A DNA stretch of 59,086 bases. It comes from Candidatus Eiseniibacteriota bacterium. GTDB lineage: Bacteria; Eisenbacteria; RBG-16-71-46. The position numbers and the translations under genes were made by a program. The stretch is from assembly GCA_031370785.1 (NCBI GenBank), contig JANMQY010000004.1, forward strand, positions 1 through 59,086. The letters run 5' to 3'. This document shows, piece after piece, positions 41,084 through 51,260 of the stretch. Positions within the stretch are counted from its first letter, which is position 1; the number at the start of each line of letters is the position of its first letter. Under the pieces are notes generated by a model. The model saw only the letters and a program-made list of their open reading frames with translations. It had not been told where the DNA came from and did not search any database.

Positions 41084-41461
41084 CTGGTGTGCGCAGCAGT
41101 CGCAGGTGTGCGAGCGCGCTACACCGGTGAGTGAATCGGGACATCGGGTCGAGCTGCACGTGACAACAGCCGAGACATCCCCCAGTGTTGGCCTATGTCA
41201 CGATCGAACCGATGTCCCAAACTACGAAAAAAAACCCGCCGATGGTGGGGCCGACCTTGGTCGGCTGGTTGCGTCCTGCTTCGGCCACTCCATCACCGGG
41301 ATCGAAGTGCACGTTCCAAGCTAGCCGGTCGTAAAGGGCGGTGCGTTGTCATATGACTGGGGCTCGTACCCTCGACCGGACCCCTCACTGCACCGGCTAG
41401 CCCAGATTGTGGATCGACAACTTGCGCCGCCGATCTTTTTGGAGGTCCCCCCCCTCCGCGG
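41044..41461 (-). ncRNA. Candidate ~420-nt multi-hairpin non-coding RNA, not matching any family I recognise
   Basis: Seven consecutive stem-loops lie between a sigma-54 promoter and a terminator. G-U pairs consistently favour the minus strand, there is a GCAA tetraloop, and no ORF has a credible RBS. Confidence 0.65.
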
Positions 41462-41471
41462 AAGATGTAAG

Positions 41472-41487
41472 AGCACCCCGCGTGCCA
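41472..41487 (-). promoter_or_regulatory. Sigma-54 promoter driving the structured RNA
   Basis: Minus strand reads TGGCACGCGGGGTGCT with correct GG/GC spacing. Predicted +1 (~41461) is at the foot of the first hairpin. Confidence 0.72.
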
Positions 41488-41806
41488 TACGCGCGACAGT
41501 CGCCGAGAAAGTTCAGACGGGACTGTGCCGCAAGGTGTTGGGCCACTGAGCCGCTTCGCGCTTCGTCGAGAGTTCCGGGCGCACGGGCACGCAGAACCGA
41601 AACAAAACCGCGACGATTCGGGGCTCACTCGCTAAGCCGCTGAATGGCAACGCCCTGTCTATAAAGGTTCTTGCCACTCGTTTCATAAAGAGAAGCATCA
41701 GACCGGCGCGGCGCACGAGGCGACAGACGCTGCGCGGCACAAATGCGCGAGCGGCGGATGCGCGATGCGCGCCCGCCGCTCGAAAGAAGCTCAGGGATGG
41801 ATTTCG

Positions 41807-44800
41807 CTAGACGTTTCGCCGGCGCTCGAGGCCGAGGGTGCGGATCTTGGCGAGGAGCGTTGGATAGCTGAGCCCGAGCTCGCGCGCCACGCGCGCCTTG
41901 TTCCAGCGATTGGTCTCGAGCGCATCGGCGATCATTCGCTTCTCGAGCTGCGAGACATTGCTGCGCAGGGTCTTCCCCGTCGGGCGTTCGACCGCGGTGC
42001 GCTCGGCGGCGCCGGGACACATGTCCGGCGGAAGCAGCGAGGAGACGAGCGTATCGCCTTCGTCGGCGAGCACGACCATGCGCTTGACGGTCTTCTCGAG
42101 CTCGCGCACGTTGCCGCGCCACTCGTGCTCGAGAAAGATGCGCATGACATCGGGCGCGAAGCCCTTCAGCGTCTTCTCCATCTGCCGCGAGTAGAGCGCG
42201 AGGAAGTGCTGGGCCAGGACCGGAATGTCTTCCCGGCGTTCGCGCAGCGCGGGCACGCGCACCGTGATGTCGTTGAGCCGGTAGTACAGATCCTCGAGGA
42301 ACCGGCCGGTCTTGATACGCTCGCGCAGGTCGCAGCCGGTCGCGCAGATCACCCGCGCGTTCACCTTCTTGTTGCGCGTGGCCCCGACCGGGCGGATCTC
42401 GCCCTGGTCGAGCACGTGAAGCAGCTTGGCCTGCACCGACTCCGGCACCTTCTCGATCTCGTCGAGGAAGATCGTGCCGCCCTCGGCCTCTTCGAACAGT
42501 CCGGACTTGTCGCGTGCCGCGCCGGTGAAGGCGCCCTGCACATAGCCGAACAGCTCGCTCTCGAGCAGCTGCTCGGGGAGCGCTGCGCAGTTCACCTGCA
42601 CGAACGGCCCGTCGCGCCGGTTCGAGATCTCGTGCACGACCTGGGCGAGCAGACCCTTGCCGGTTCCGGTCTCTCCCATGAACAGCACGGTCGCGGTGCT
42701 GTCTCCCACCTTGTTGAGCAGGCTGAGGATGTTCGCCATCTCGCGCGCCTGGCTCACGATCCGATCCGCGCCCGGACTCGGCTTGAGCTTGTCGCGCAGT
42801 TCGCGGTTCTCGGCCAGCAGCAGCGAGCGCTGCGCTTCGACGATTGCAACGCCGGTGCTGTTGGCCAGCACCGCGAGCAGGTTCAGCTCGCGCTGGCGGA
42901 AGGCGCCAAGCAGGTTGTCGTTGAGCCGGTCCACGTACACCAGGCCGACCGACTGCGAGGGGAAGTTGAGCGGCACGCACACCAGCGAGCCGACGCCTTC
43001 GAGGGCGTCCACCAGCGCGGCGCCGAAGCGCGGATCGGCAGCGACCCTGCTCGAGAACAGTGGACCGTTCTCGGCGAGACGGTTTCCCGCGACGCCTTCG
43101 ATCACGCGCAGCACGCGGCGCGCGCGGTCACGGCCGAGGCCATGCTGCGCGACAACATCGAGGCGACCGCCGCCGCTGCTGAACGCGACGAAGCCGCGAT
43201 CCCCGCCGGCGTGCTCGACCGCCAGCCGCACCGCCTGCGCGAGAAGCCCGTCCATGTCGGAGGTCTCGCGGAACAGGCGGTTGGCATCTTCGAGCGCGCG
43301 GAACTCGTTACAGGTCGACAGCGAGACCGCGACGTACTGGCGCTCGAGCTCGCGACGCAGCTCGGCCGCGCGCTCCTCCGCCTCGGGCTGGCCACCCGCC
43401 GTCGGGCCGCCGTCGGCCAGCCACTGTTCGCTCTGCTCGAGAAGCGAGAGGGCCTGGTCGTAGTGCTCGCGTTCGGCCTCGAGTCTCGCAAGCGAGAGGA
43501 GCGCCTCGGCGGCAAGGGGGACCAGCCCGAGCTGACGGAACAGGGTCGTGGCACGACGGCTCGCGTCGATGACCGGCTCCAGCGGAACACGCAGCCGCGC
43601 GCTGGTCGGCAAAAGCAGCAGGTACTCGGCCCACGCCGCGAGCGTGACCGCGTGCTCGTAGACCTCGCCCAGCTGATCGAAGCACAGCGACGCATCGCGC
43701 AGCTTGAGCTCGCACGCGGCGGCATTGCCGCGCACCGCATCGAGGCGGGCGAGCGAGCGCTGGGCGAGCGCCTGCTCGATTCGGTCCCCGAGGCGCTCGA
43801 ACATCGCGGCGCCGTGGAGCAGATGCGTCTGTGCTTCATCGACGCGGCCGGCGTGCAGGAGCGCCAGTCCGTATCGGGTCTCGAGCTCGGCGGTCAGATC
43901 GCCCTGCGGTGTGATCGCGCGCGCGTCGGCCAGCGCCGGCTCGAGCAGCAACAGCGCGGCCGCGACATCTCCGCGGTCCAGCTCGAGCTCACCCAGGAAT
44001 TCGCGGGCCAGCACGTTCTCGCGCTGCACGCCCACCTGCTGGGCGAGCTGGAGCGCGCGCTGGAAGTGCGAATGCGCCTGCTCGAACTGGCGGCGGCGGC
44101 GGCACAGCAGGCCGAGCGCCATGAGCGCCATCGACTCGCCCTGCAGGTGGCCGGTCTCGCGCGAGATCCGCAGCGACTGGCGGAAATTCTCCTCCGCAAG
44201 ATCCCACTGTCCGAGTCGGTAGCGGATCAGGCCCAGGTTCTGGCAGTGCCCGCGCATGCGCGCGTAGAGGCCGGCGCGCTCGTCGAGGCGCAGCGCCTGC
44301 TCGAGGAACCGCGTCGCTTCGCGCCATTCGCGCAGGTTCTTGTAGACCAGCCCGAGGTTGTTGAGCGCGGTCACCAGCCCGTCGATGTCGTCGATGCGGC
44401 GGAACGTGGCGGCCGCGCTCTGCAGCCACTCGATCGCCTCGGTCGGCCGCCCGAGCCGATTCACGCAGATTCCGAGGGTCATGCTCACCTGGCCTACCGT
44501 GCGATGGTCGTCGGTGTCGCGCAACACCGCGTAGGCGTACTGCGCGTAGCGGCGGCCGGAACGATAGGAGGCGAGTTCGGTGAGCAGGTGTGCCGCGCGG
44601 GCAGCGATTCCGGCGTTGAGCCGCGTGTCGTGGAGGATGCGGGCGTCGCGCCGGGCTTCGCGCGTCAGGCGCAGCGCAGTCTCGAACTCGCCGCGCCGCA
44701 TCTCTGCCTCGGCCAGCCGCGTGAGGATTCGCACGCGCTCGGAGGGCATGTTGGCGCCAACCAGTTCGAGGGCGGCGGTGTACTCCTCTACCGCGCCCGC

Positions 44801-44908
44801 GAAATTGTCAGCGGCCAGATGCAGATCTCCGATCGACTCGCGCTGCCCGACACCATCTCGAAGCGTGCCGGGGGCGTGAGCCAGCTCGGGGGGGATCGCT
44901 CGCTGCAC
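41807..44908 (-). CDS. TPR-GAF-AAA+-HTH sigma-54 enhancer-binding protein with no receiver domain
   Basis: About 550 aa of TPR-like helices ([17 protein letters not shown]), a GAF domain (SLVCVPL...VGLVYVD), [42 protein letters not shown]. Confidence 0.92.
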   Translation of the reverse strand: MQRAIPPELAHAPGTLRDGVGQRESIGDLHLAADNFAGAVEEYTAALELVGANMPSERVRILTRLAEAEMRRGEFETALRLTREARRDARILHDTRLNAGIAARAAHLLTELASYRSGRRYAQYAYAVLRDTDDHRTVGQVSMTLGICVNRLGRPTEAIEWLQSAAATFRRIDDIDGLVTALNNLGLVYKNLREWREATRFLEQALRLDERAGLYARMRGHCQNLGLIRYRLGQWDLAEENFRQSLRISRETGHLQGESMALMALGLLCRRRRQFEQAHSHFQRALQLAQQVGVQRENVLAREFLGELELDRGDVAAALLLLEPALADARAITPQGDLTAELETRYGLALLHAGRVDEAQTHLLHGAAMFERLGDRIEQALAQRSLARLDAVRGNAAACELKLRDASLCFDQLGEVYEHAVTLAAWAEYLLLLPTSARLRVPLEPVIDASRRATTLFRQLGLVPLAAEALLSLARLEAEREHYDQALSLLEQSEQWLADGGPTAGGQPEAEERAAELRRELERQYVAVSLSTCNEFRALEDANRLFRETSDMDGLLAQAVRLAVEHAGGDRGFVAFSSGGGRLDVVAQHGLGRDRARRVLRVIEGVAGNRLAENGPLFSSRVAADPRFGAALVDALEGVGSLVCVPLNFPSQSVGLVYVDRLNDNLLGAFRQRELNLLAVLANSTGVAIVEAQRSLLLAENRELRDKLKPSPGADRIVSQAREMANILSLLNKVGDSTATVLFMGETGTGKGLLAQVVHEISNRRDGPFVQVNCAALPEQLLESELFGYVQGAFTGAARDKSGLFEEAEGGTIFLDEIEKVPESVQAKLLHVLDQGEIRPVGATRNKKVNARVICATGCDLRERIKTGRFLEDLYYRLNDITVRVPALRERREDIPVLAQHFLALYSRQMEKTLKGFAPDVMRIFLEHEWRGNVRELEKTVKRMVVLADEGDTLVSSLLPPDMCPGAAERTAVERPTGKTLRSNVSQLEKRMIADALETNRWNKARVARELGLSYPTLLAKIRTLGLERRRNV

Positions 44909-45005
44909 TTTTCGAACCCTCGAATGACGGACACCCGGTGAAAGCCACGGCGGTTCGTTCCGCGACTTCGTTTGCGACCGGTGAGGTGAACCCGGACTAC
45001 AGCCC

Positions 45006-45326
45006 TTACTTGATCACCCTCAGGTAAAGCGCCGCCCAGATCCTACTGATCCACTGAACCCGCGCGAACCCACGCAAAGTCACGCCGTACGAACTCTCTT
45101 CACGCGGTTCGGCGACGACCCGAACCACGGGAATCGTAGGAGTCTTGCTGGGGCTGTCGGGTTCCGATGATGTCTGACCCACGCCGGGCTTTTGAATCGT
45201 GCCCACGGGTGCGCCGCCACCAACGTCGTCACCATAAGACGACGAGGCACGCGCCCCCTGCGCGGTGATCGAGATCACCGAAAGGAGGACCAGTGTGACC
45301 AGGAGTCTGTTGCAATTTTTCCGCAT
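45006..45326 (-). CDS. Small secreted protein / peptide precursor (106 aa)
   Basis: GGAGGGAG precedes ATG 45326. Signal peptide MRKNCNRLLVTLVLLSVISITAQGARA, a low-complexity G/S/P core, and a cationic Trp-rich C-terminus. Confidence 0.7.
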   Translation of the reverse strand: MRKNCNRLLVTLVLLSVISITAQGARASSSYGDDVGGGAPVGTIQKPGVGQTSSEPDSPSKTPTIPVVRVVAEPREESSYGVTLRGFARVQWISRIWAALYLRVIK

Positions 45327-45479
45327 GCGCTGCCTGCTCCCTCCACGACTGGCGGTAAAAGAAAACCCATGACCCTGTCGGGCCGGAGGAGTCCTGACAG
45401 GCTCTTTGCGAAAAGTGAGGGGACCTTTACCAGCGCCGGGAACAGTATCCGCCCTGCCCCGAACAACCGTCAAAGACTT

Positions 45480-46442
45480 TTATGCGAAGTTGCAATCTCC
45501 GCTGCGTACTTCGTCGGCGGCCATTCGCGCCAGGCCGTATCGCAGCCCCTGGGTCGAACACAGCAGCCCCGGACCCGGAAAGCGCCTGGCCAGCTCCCGG
45601 ACGACCAGGGCTCCGGCTACTACAATGTCGGCCCTTCCCTCTCCCATGACCGGCCAGCTCCCGCGCTCCGCGTGAGAGGCGGCGACGATCTCGGCGATCC
45701 TGGCCTCGAGCCGGGCCGAGGAGACCTGCCAGCCCTCGAGCTGATTCGGGTCGTAGGTCGTGAGCCCGCGATCCAGCGAAGCAAGGACGGTCACCGTGCC
45801 CCCGACGCCGGCCAGGACGGGCGAGCGTTCAGGCATGTATGCACATTCATGCATAACTTTGGTGCGGACCTCGGCGGTCAGCGCCTCGATCTCTTCGGCG
45901 GTCGGGGGATCGCTGTGCAGGTGCCGGTCGGTCAGGCTCACCGCTCCGAAAGGAAGGCTGGTCCAGCGCCCCGGCCGATCACCGACTCCGCTGACCACCT
46001 CGGTGCTCCCGCCCCCGAGATCGAAGACCACGCAGGACTGGGTCCGCACCCTGGCCCCCAGCCCCCCGATTACCGAGCGGTAGACCAGCCGTGCCTCGTC
46101 GTCGCCGGAGAGGATGCGCACGCGCAGGCCGCTCCTGGCCGCGATGCTCTCGGCAACCTCGGCGCCATTGGCGGCGCGGCGCAGCGCAGCCGTCGCTCCG
46201 ACCACCACGTGGGAGGCGCCCAGGCCCCGCGCGCGACGCGCAAACTCGGCGGTCAGCGTCGCGGCGCGCTCGGCCATCTCGGGATCCACCGAGCCGGTAC
46301 GCTCCATGCCGCGGGCGAGCCGGCACGGTTCGCCAGCTCGGGCGATGGTGAGGGTCTCCTGGGTCCCGTCCGGACGGCCCACGAAATCCGCCACCAGCAT
46401 GCGAACGGAGTTCGAGCCGATATCAATTGCACCGACACGCAT
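45480..46442 (-). CDS. Ppx/GppA family phosphatase (short form)
   Basis: AIDIGSNSVRM, ATAALRRAAN, LSGDDEARL, DLGGGSTE, GVGGT, GRADIVVAGA, GLRYG. Confidence 0.93.
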   Translation of the reverse strand: MRVGAIDIGSNSVRMLVADFVGRPDGTQETLTIARAGEPCRLARGMERTGSVDPEMAERAATLTAEFARRARGLGASHVVVGATAALRRAANGAEVAESIAARSGLRVRILSGDDEARLVYRSVIGGLGARVRTQSCVVFDLGGGSTEVVSGVGDRPGRWTSLPFGAVSLTDRHLHSDPPTAEEIEALTAEVRTKVMHECAYMPERSPVLAGVGGTVTVLASLDRGLTTYDPNQLEGWQVSSARLEARIAEIVAASHAERGSWPVMGEGRADIVVAGALVVRELARRFPGPGLLCSTQGLRYGLARMAADEVRSGDCNFA

Positions 46443-46456
46443 ACGTTCACTCGGAC

Positions 46457-47014
46457 TCACAGCAGGTAATCCTCGAAGTCGCTCCTGGGCAAAGGGGTGA
46501 AAGGAGCTTCGCCGTCCGAGTCGGCACCGGACGGCTCTGCGCCAACCGCCGCCAGCTCGGGCGTCCGCGGTTCCGAGGGTTTCTCTCGATCCGCCTGGCG
46601 GACGGAACGCGCCCGCCCTTCGGCGCCGGACTCGGTTCCCGGGGAACGGGATTGCGCTCTCGAGCGTGCGCTGCGCGCCCGACTCTTCATGTCCACCGCG
46701 CCGCGGGCGGAAAGTCCCGAGCCCGCTTCGATGGCTTCGGCCTCGTGAAGCGCCCAGGCGATGAGCCCGTCCACGGTCGGCTTCTCGCGGCACAACCGGA
46801 ACAGGACGCGCTTGCCGTCGCGGGCCCCGCACACGATTCCGGCCCGCTCGAGCACCTGCAGATGCCGGGTGGTGCAAGACTGCGAGAGGCCGACATCCAG
46901 CGCGAGGTCGCTCGCGCAGCGTTCGGAGACCAGGAGGTGGAGGACCAGTCGGAAGCGTGAGGAGTCGCCCAGACAGGCGAGAAGATCGCGGGCGCGGCTC
47001 GAGGAGACGTTCAT
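46457..47014 (-). CDS. ArsR/SmtB family transcriptional regulator with disordered C-terminal tail
   Basis: LGDSSRFRLV..L...ERCASDLA..VGLSQSCTTRHLQVLERAGIV...RDGKRV. The start may be 47029. Confidence 0.8.
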   Translation of the reverse strand: MNVSSSRARDLLACLGDSSRFRLVLHLLVSERCASDLALDVGLSQSCTTRHLQVLERAGIVCGARDGKRVLFRLCREKPTVDGLIAWALHEAEAIEAGSGLSARGAVDMKSRARSARSRAQSRSPGTESGAEGRARSVRQADREKPSEPRTPELAAVGAEPSGADSDGEAPFTPLPRSDFEDYLL

Positions 47015-47097
47015 TGCATGGACATGCATACCAGCTTCGCAAATTGACCGCAAGCGATTGGCTCTGTTAGCCTGACGCGGTCCCTCCCGGAACCTCC

Positions 47098-48171
47098 ATG
47101 ACCACCTCTCCGATCGCATTTCGAACCGAGCCTGCCACGCCGAGCTTTTACGGCCTGAGCCGGTCCCGCCTGGCCGAGCGCCTGGCGGGCCTTGGCGTGG
47201 AAAGTTACCGGGCCGACCAGATTTTCGCGTGGGTCTATCAGAAGCACCTGCGCGACTCGAGGGGCATGACCAACCTGCCTTCGGCACTGCGCAGTCGCTT
47301 CGATCACCTGTGCGACCTTTCGTTGCCTCGACTGCAGTCGGTGCACGGCACGAAGGATGGCGCGACCCACAAGTTCGTCCTCGAGCTTCACGACGGCGCC
47401 CGCGTGGAGTGCGTCTCGATGCGCACCACCCGCCGCGTCACGCTGTGCCTCTCGAGCCAGGTGGGCTGCGCGCTCGGCTGCACGTTCTGCGCGACCGGCC
47501 TGATGGGCCTCAAGCGCAATCTGCGTCCGGACGAGATCGTCGCGCAGGTGATGGCGATGGGCGATTTCCACGGCTGGCACGAGGACCGGTTCAATCTGGT
47601 GTTCATGGGCATGGGCGAGCCGCTCGCCAACTACAAGCCGGTGGTGGAAGCGATCCGGATCCTCCACGACGAGCGCGGGCTCAATCTCGGCGCGCGGCGC
47701 ATCACGGTCTCGACCAGCGGGCTCGTTCCGCAGATCCGCGAACTGGCCGAAGAGGGTCTCGCGGTGGGCCTCGCCGTGTCGCTCCACGCCACCACCGATG
47801 AGCTTCGCAACGAGCTGGTGCCGGTCAACCGGCGCTGGCCGCTGGGCGAGCTGCTGCCCGCGGCGCGCGAGTTCGGGCGCAGTACCGGGCGTCGCGTCAC
47901 GCTCGAATACACGCTGCTCGGGGGCGTCAACGACAGCGCCGAAGATGCCGATCGCCTCGGCGCGATCGCACGCGAGCTGCCCTCGAAGATCAATCTCATT
48001 CCGTACAATCCGGTCCCCGGGCTGCACTGGAAGCGTCCGAGTCCCGAGGCGGTGGATGCGTTCGCCGAGCGCCTCTATCCGCGCGCACCGGCGGTGACCG
48101 TGCGCCACACTCTGGGAGGCGAGATCTGGGCGGCCTGCGGGCAGCTCGGAGGACTCAGCCCCGAGGGCTGA
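47098..48171 (+). CDS. rlmN: Dual-specificity RNA m2A methyltransferase RlmN
   Basis: CLSSQVGCALGCTFCATG, VFMGMGEP, ITVSTSG, SLHA, NLIPYN, AACGQL. Confidence 0.96.
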   Translation: MTTSPIAFRTEPATPSFYGLSRSRLAERLAGLGVESYRADQIFAWVYQKHLRDSRGMTNLPSALRSRFDHLCDLSLPRLQSVHGTKDGATHKFVLELHDGARVECVSMRTTRRVTLCLSSQVGCALGCTFCATGLMGLKRNLRPDEIVAQVMAMGDFHGWHEDRFNLVFMGMGEPLANYKPVVEAIRILHDERGLNLGARRITVSTSGLVPQIRELAEEGLAVGLAVSLHATTDELRNELVPVNRRWPLGELLPAAREFGRSTGRRVTLEYTLLGGVNDSAEDADRLGAIARELPSKINLIPYNPVPGLHWKRPSPEAVDAFAERLYPRAPAVTVRHTLGGEIWAACGQLGGLSPEG

Positions 48172-48190
48172 TGTCCCCAACGTTCGCGCC

Positions 48191-49713
48191 ATGACCCTGC
48201 GCGCGCGACTCATCCTGGCATTGCTCGCGATGGCATTGCTGCCCACCGCGGCGTTCACCATGTTCACCCTCGATCAGCTCGGGCAGTCCACCCAGCGCTG
48301 GATCCGTCCGGGCGTGGATCGCGCGCTCGAGTCCGCGGTCGAGACCACCCGGGTCACGCTGGTGAAGCTCGAGGCGCTGTGCCGGAGCCAGGCCGCGCAC
48401 TGGGCGAAGGAATGGCGCGGCGCAAGCCCAGGGAACGAAGGAACGCCCGCGATGCGCGACGCGCTGCGCGACGGCGGGCTCGACTACCTGCAGATCTATC
48501 GCCGGGACGGCCCGCGCTGGGTCGCCGAGGCGAACGTCGCGCCCACCAACGTGATCGTAGCCACGTGGCCCGAGCTGAGCGCGGCCATTGACAGCGCGCT
48601 GGCCGCGGATCACGTGGTCCGCTCGCCGCACGGCGCGCTCGCCGGCGTCGCGCGGCTCCCCGATGGTCGTGCCGCGGTCGCCGGCGTGTGGGTGCCGCCC
48701 GGTTTCTTCGCCGACATCGAGCGTGTCGCGCGCGGCCGGGACTTCTATCGCCGCCTGGGGGTGGTCGTCGACGTCCAGCGCGGATACGTATGGCTGCTGG
48801 TGATCGGTCTGGGCCTCGCTCTGAGCGTGCTCGCGATCGGGATCGCCACCCTGCTGGCGCGCGGCATGTCGCGACCGATCCGCGATCTTTCCTCTGCGCT
48901 CGAGCGCGTGGCCGCAGGGGATCTGAGCGCGCGCATCGCACCGGCCGGCGCCCGCGAATTCCGGCGCCTCGGCGGCTCGTTCAACACCATGACCGGGCGG
49001 CTCGAAACCGCGCAGGCCGCGCTGCGCGAGGCGGCGCGTGAGGCCGCGTGGCGCGAGGTGGCGCGCCGGCTCGCCCACGAGTTCAAGAATATCCTCACGC
49101 CGATGGCGCTCTCGCTGCACCGCCTCGAGCGTCGCGCCGAGGCGGTCGCCGAGCCCGAGCGCGAACCGGTGCGCGAGAGCCTGCAGGCGCTCGAACGCGG
49201 GGTCGAGCAGATGACCCGCCTGAGCGAGCAGTTCTCGCAGTACGCGCGCCTTCCCGATCCGCGCTTCGAGGTGCTGGACTTGAGCGAAGTGGCGAGTGGC
49301 GCCGCCTCGATGCACGACCCCGCTCCACAGCGGATCGAGCTCCACGATGGCGGGCGCATCGCGGTCCGCGGTGATACTCTGCTGCTCTCTCGCGCCATCC
49401 ACAATCTGATCATCAACGCATGCGAGGCGAGCCCGCCCGACACCGTGGTCGAGGTTCGCACCCGGGCCGAGGGCCCGCTCGCGATCGTGGAGGTGCTGGA
49501 CCGCGGTGCCGGCGTGCCCGAAGCGCTGCGCGCCCGGCTGTTCGAACCGTACGTGAGCACCAAGAAGCGTGGCAGCGGCCTGGGCCTGGCCCTGGTGCGT
49601 GACATCGCGCTGCAGCATGCGGGCAGCGTTTCACTGGAAGACCGTAGCGGCGGGGGCACGTGCGCGCGCCTCGCGCTGCCTCTTTTCGAGGAAACCCGGG
49701 AGACCGAGAAGGC

Positions 49714-49717
<4 letters not shown>
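48191..49717 (+). CDS. HAMP sensor histidine kinase (NtrY-like)
   Basis: Two TMs, a HAMP domain, AAWREVARRLAHEFKNILTP, NLIINA, DRGAG, STKKRGSGLGL. Confidence 0.92.
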
Positions 49718-51078
<1,361 letters not shown>

Positions 51079-51202
51079 GACCGGAAGCCGGCAGGTGCAT
51101 GGCCGCCACAGCGGACGTTGCGCGGTCGCGACACAAGGCCGCAGAGCCGGGTTCACGCCGGCGCTATCGCCGTGTCACGCGTGGTGTCCGGCAGGGTTTC
51201 CG

Positions 51203-51218
51203 TGGTATGGAGCTTGCG
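51203..51218 (+). promoter_or_regulatory. Sigma-54 promoter upstream of the outer-membrane protein gene
   Basis: TGGTATGGAGCTTGCG has correct GG/GC spacing and lies just downstream of a sigma-54 activator gene. Confidence 0.65.
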
Positions 51219-51260
51219 TTTCCAGGGAGGGCGCCCCATCTCTCCCGCAGGAGGTGTGAC

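Noticed and set aside
41270..41277. 8-nt complementarity between the H4 loop (AGGACGCA) and the 19194-19201 segment of the other sRNA candidate
   Set aside because: The match is too short to exceed chance in GC-rich sequence and is partly buried in a stem.
41293..41352. 19-codon minus-strand ORF MTTHRPLRPASLERALRSR inside the structured RNA
   Set aside because: It has no RBS and lies within the H3 stem, so there is no support for translation.
41044..41461. Identification as tmRNA, RNase P RNA, SRP RNA, 6S RNA or a CRISPR array
   Set aside because: There are no tRNA-like ends, no RNase P GAGGAAAGUCC core and no single long rod. The hairpins are not sequence repeats with spacers.
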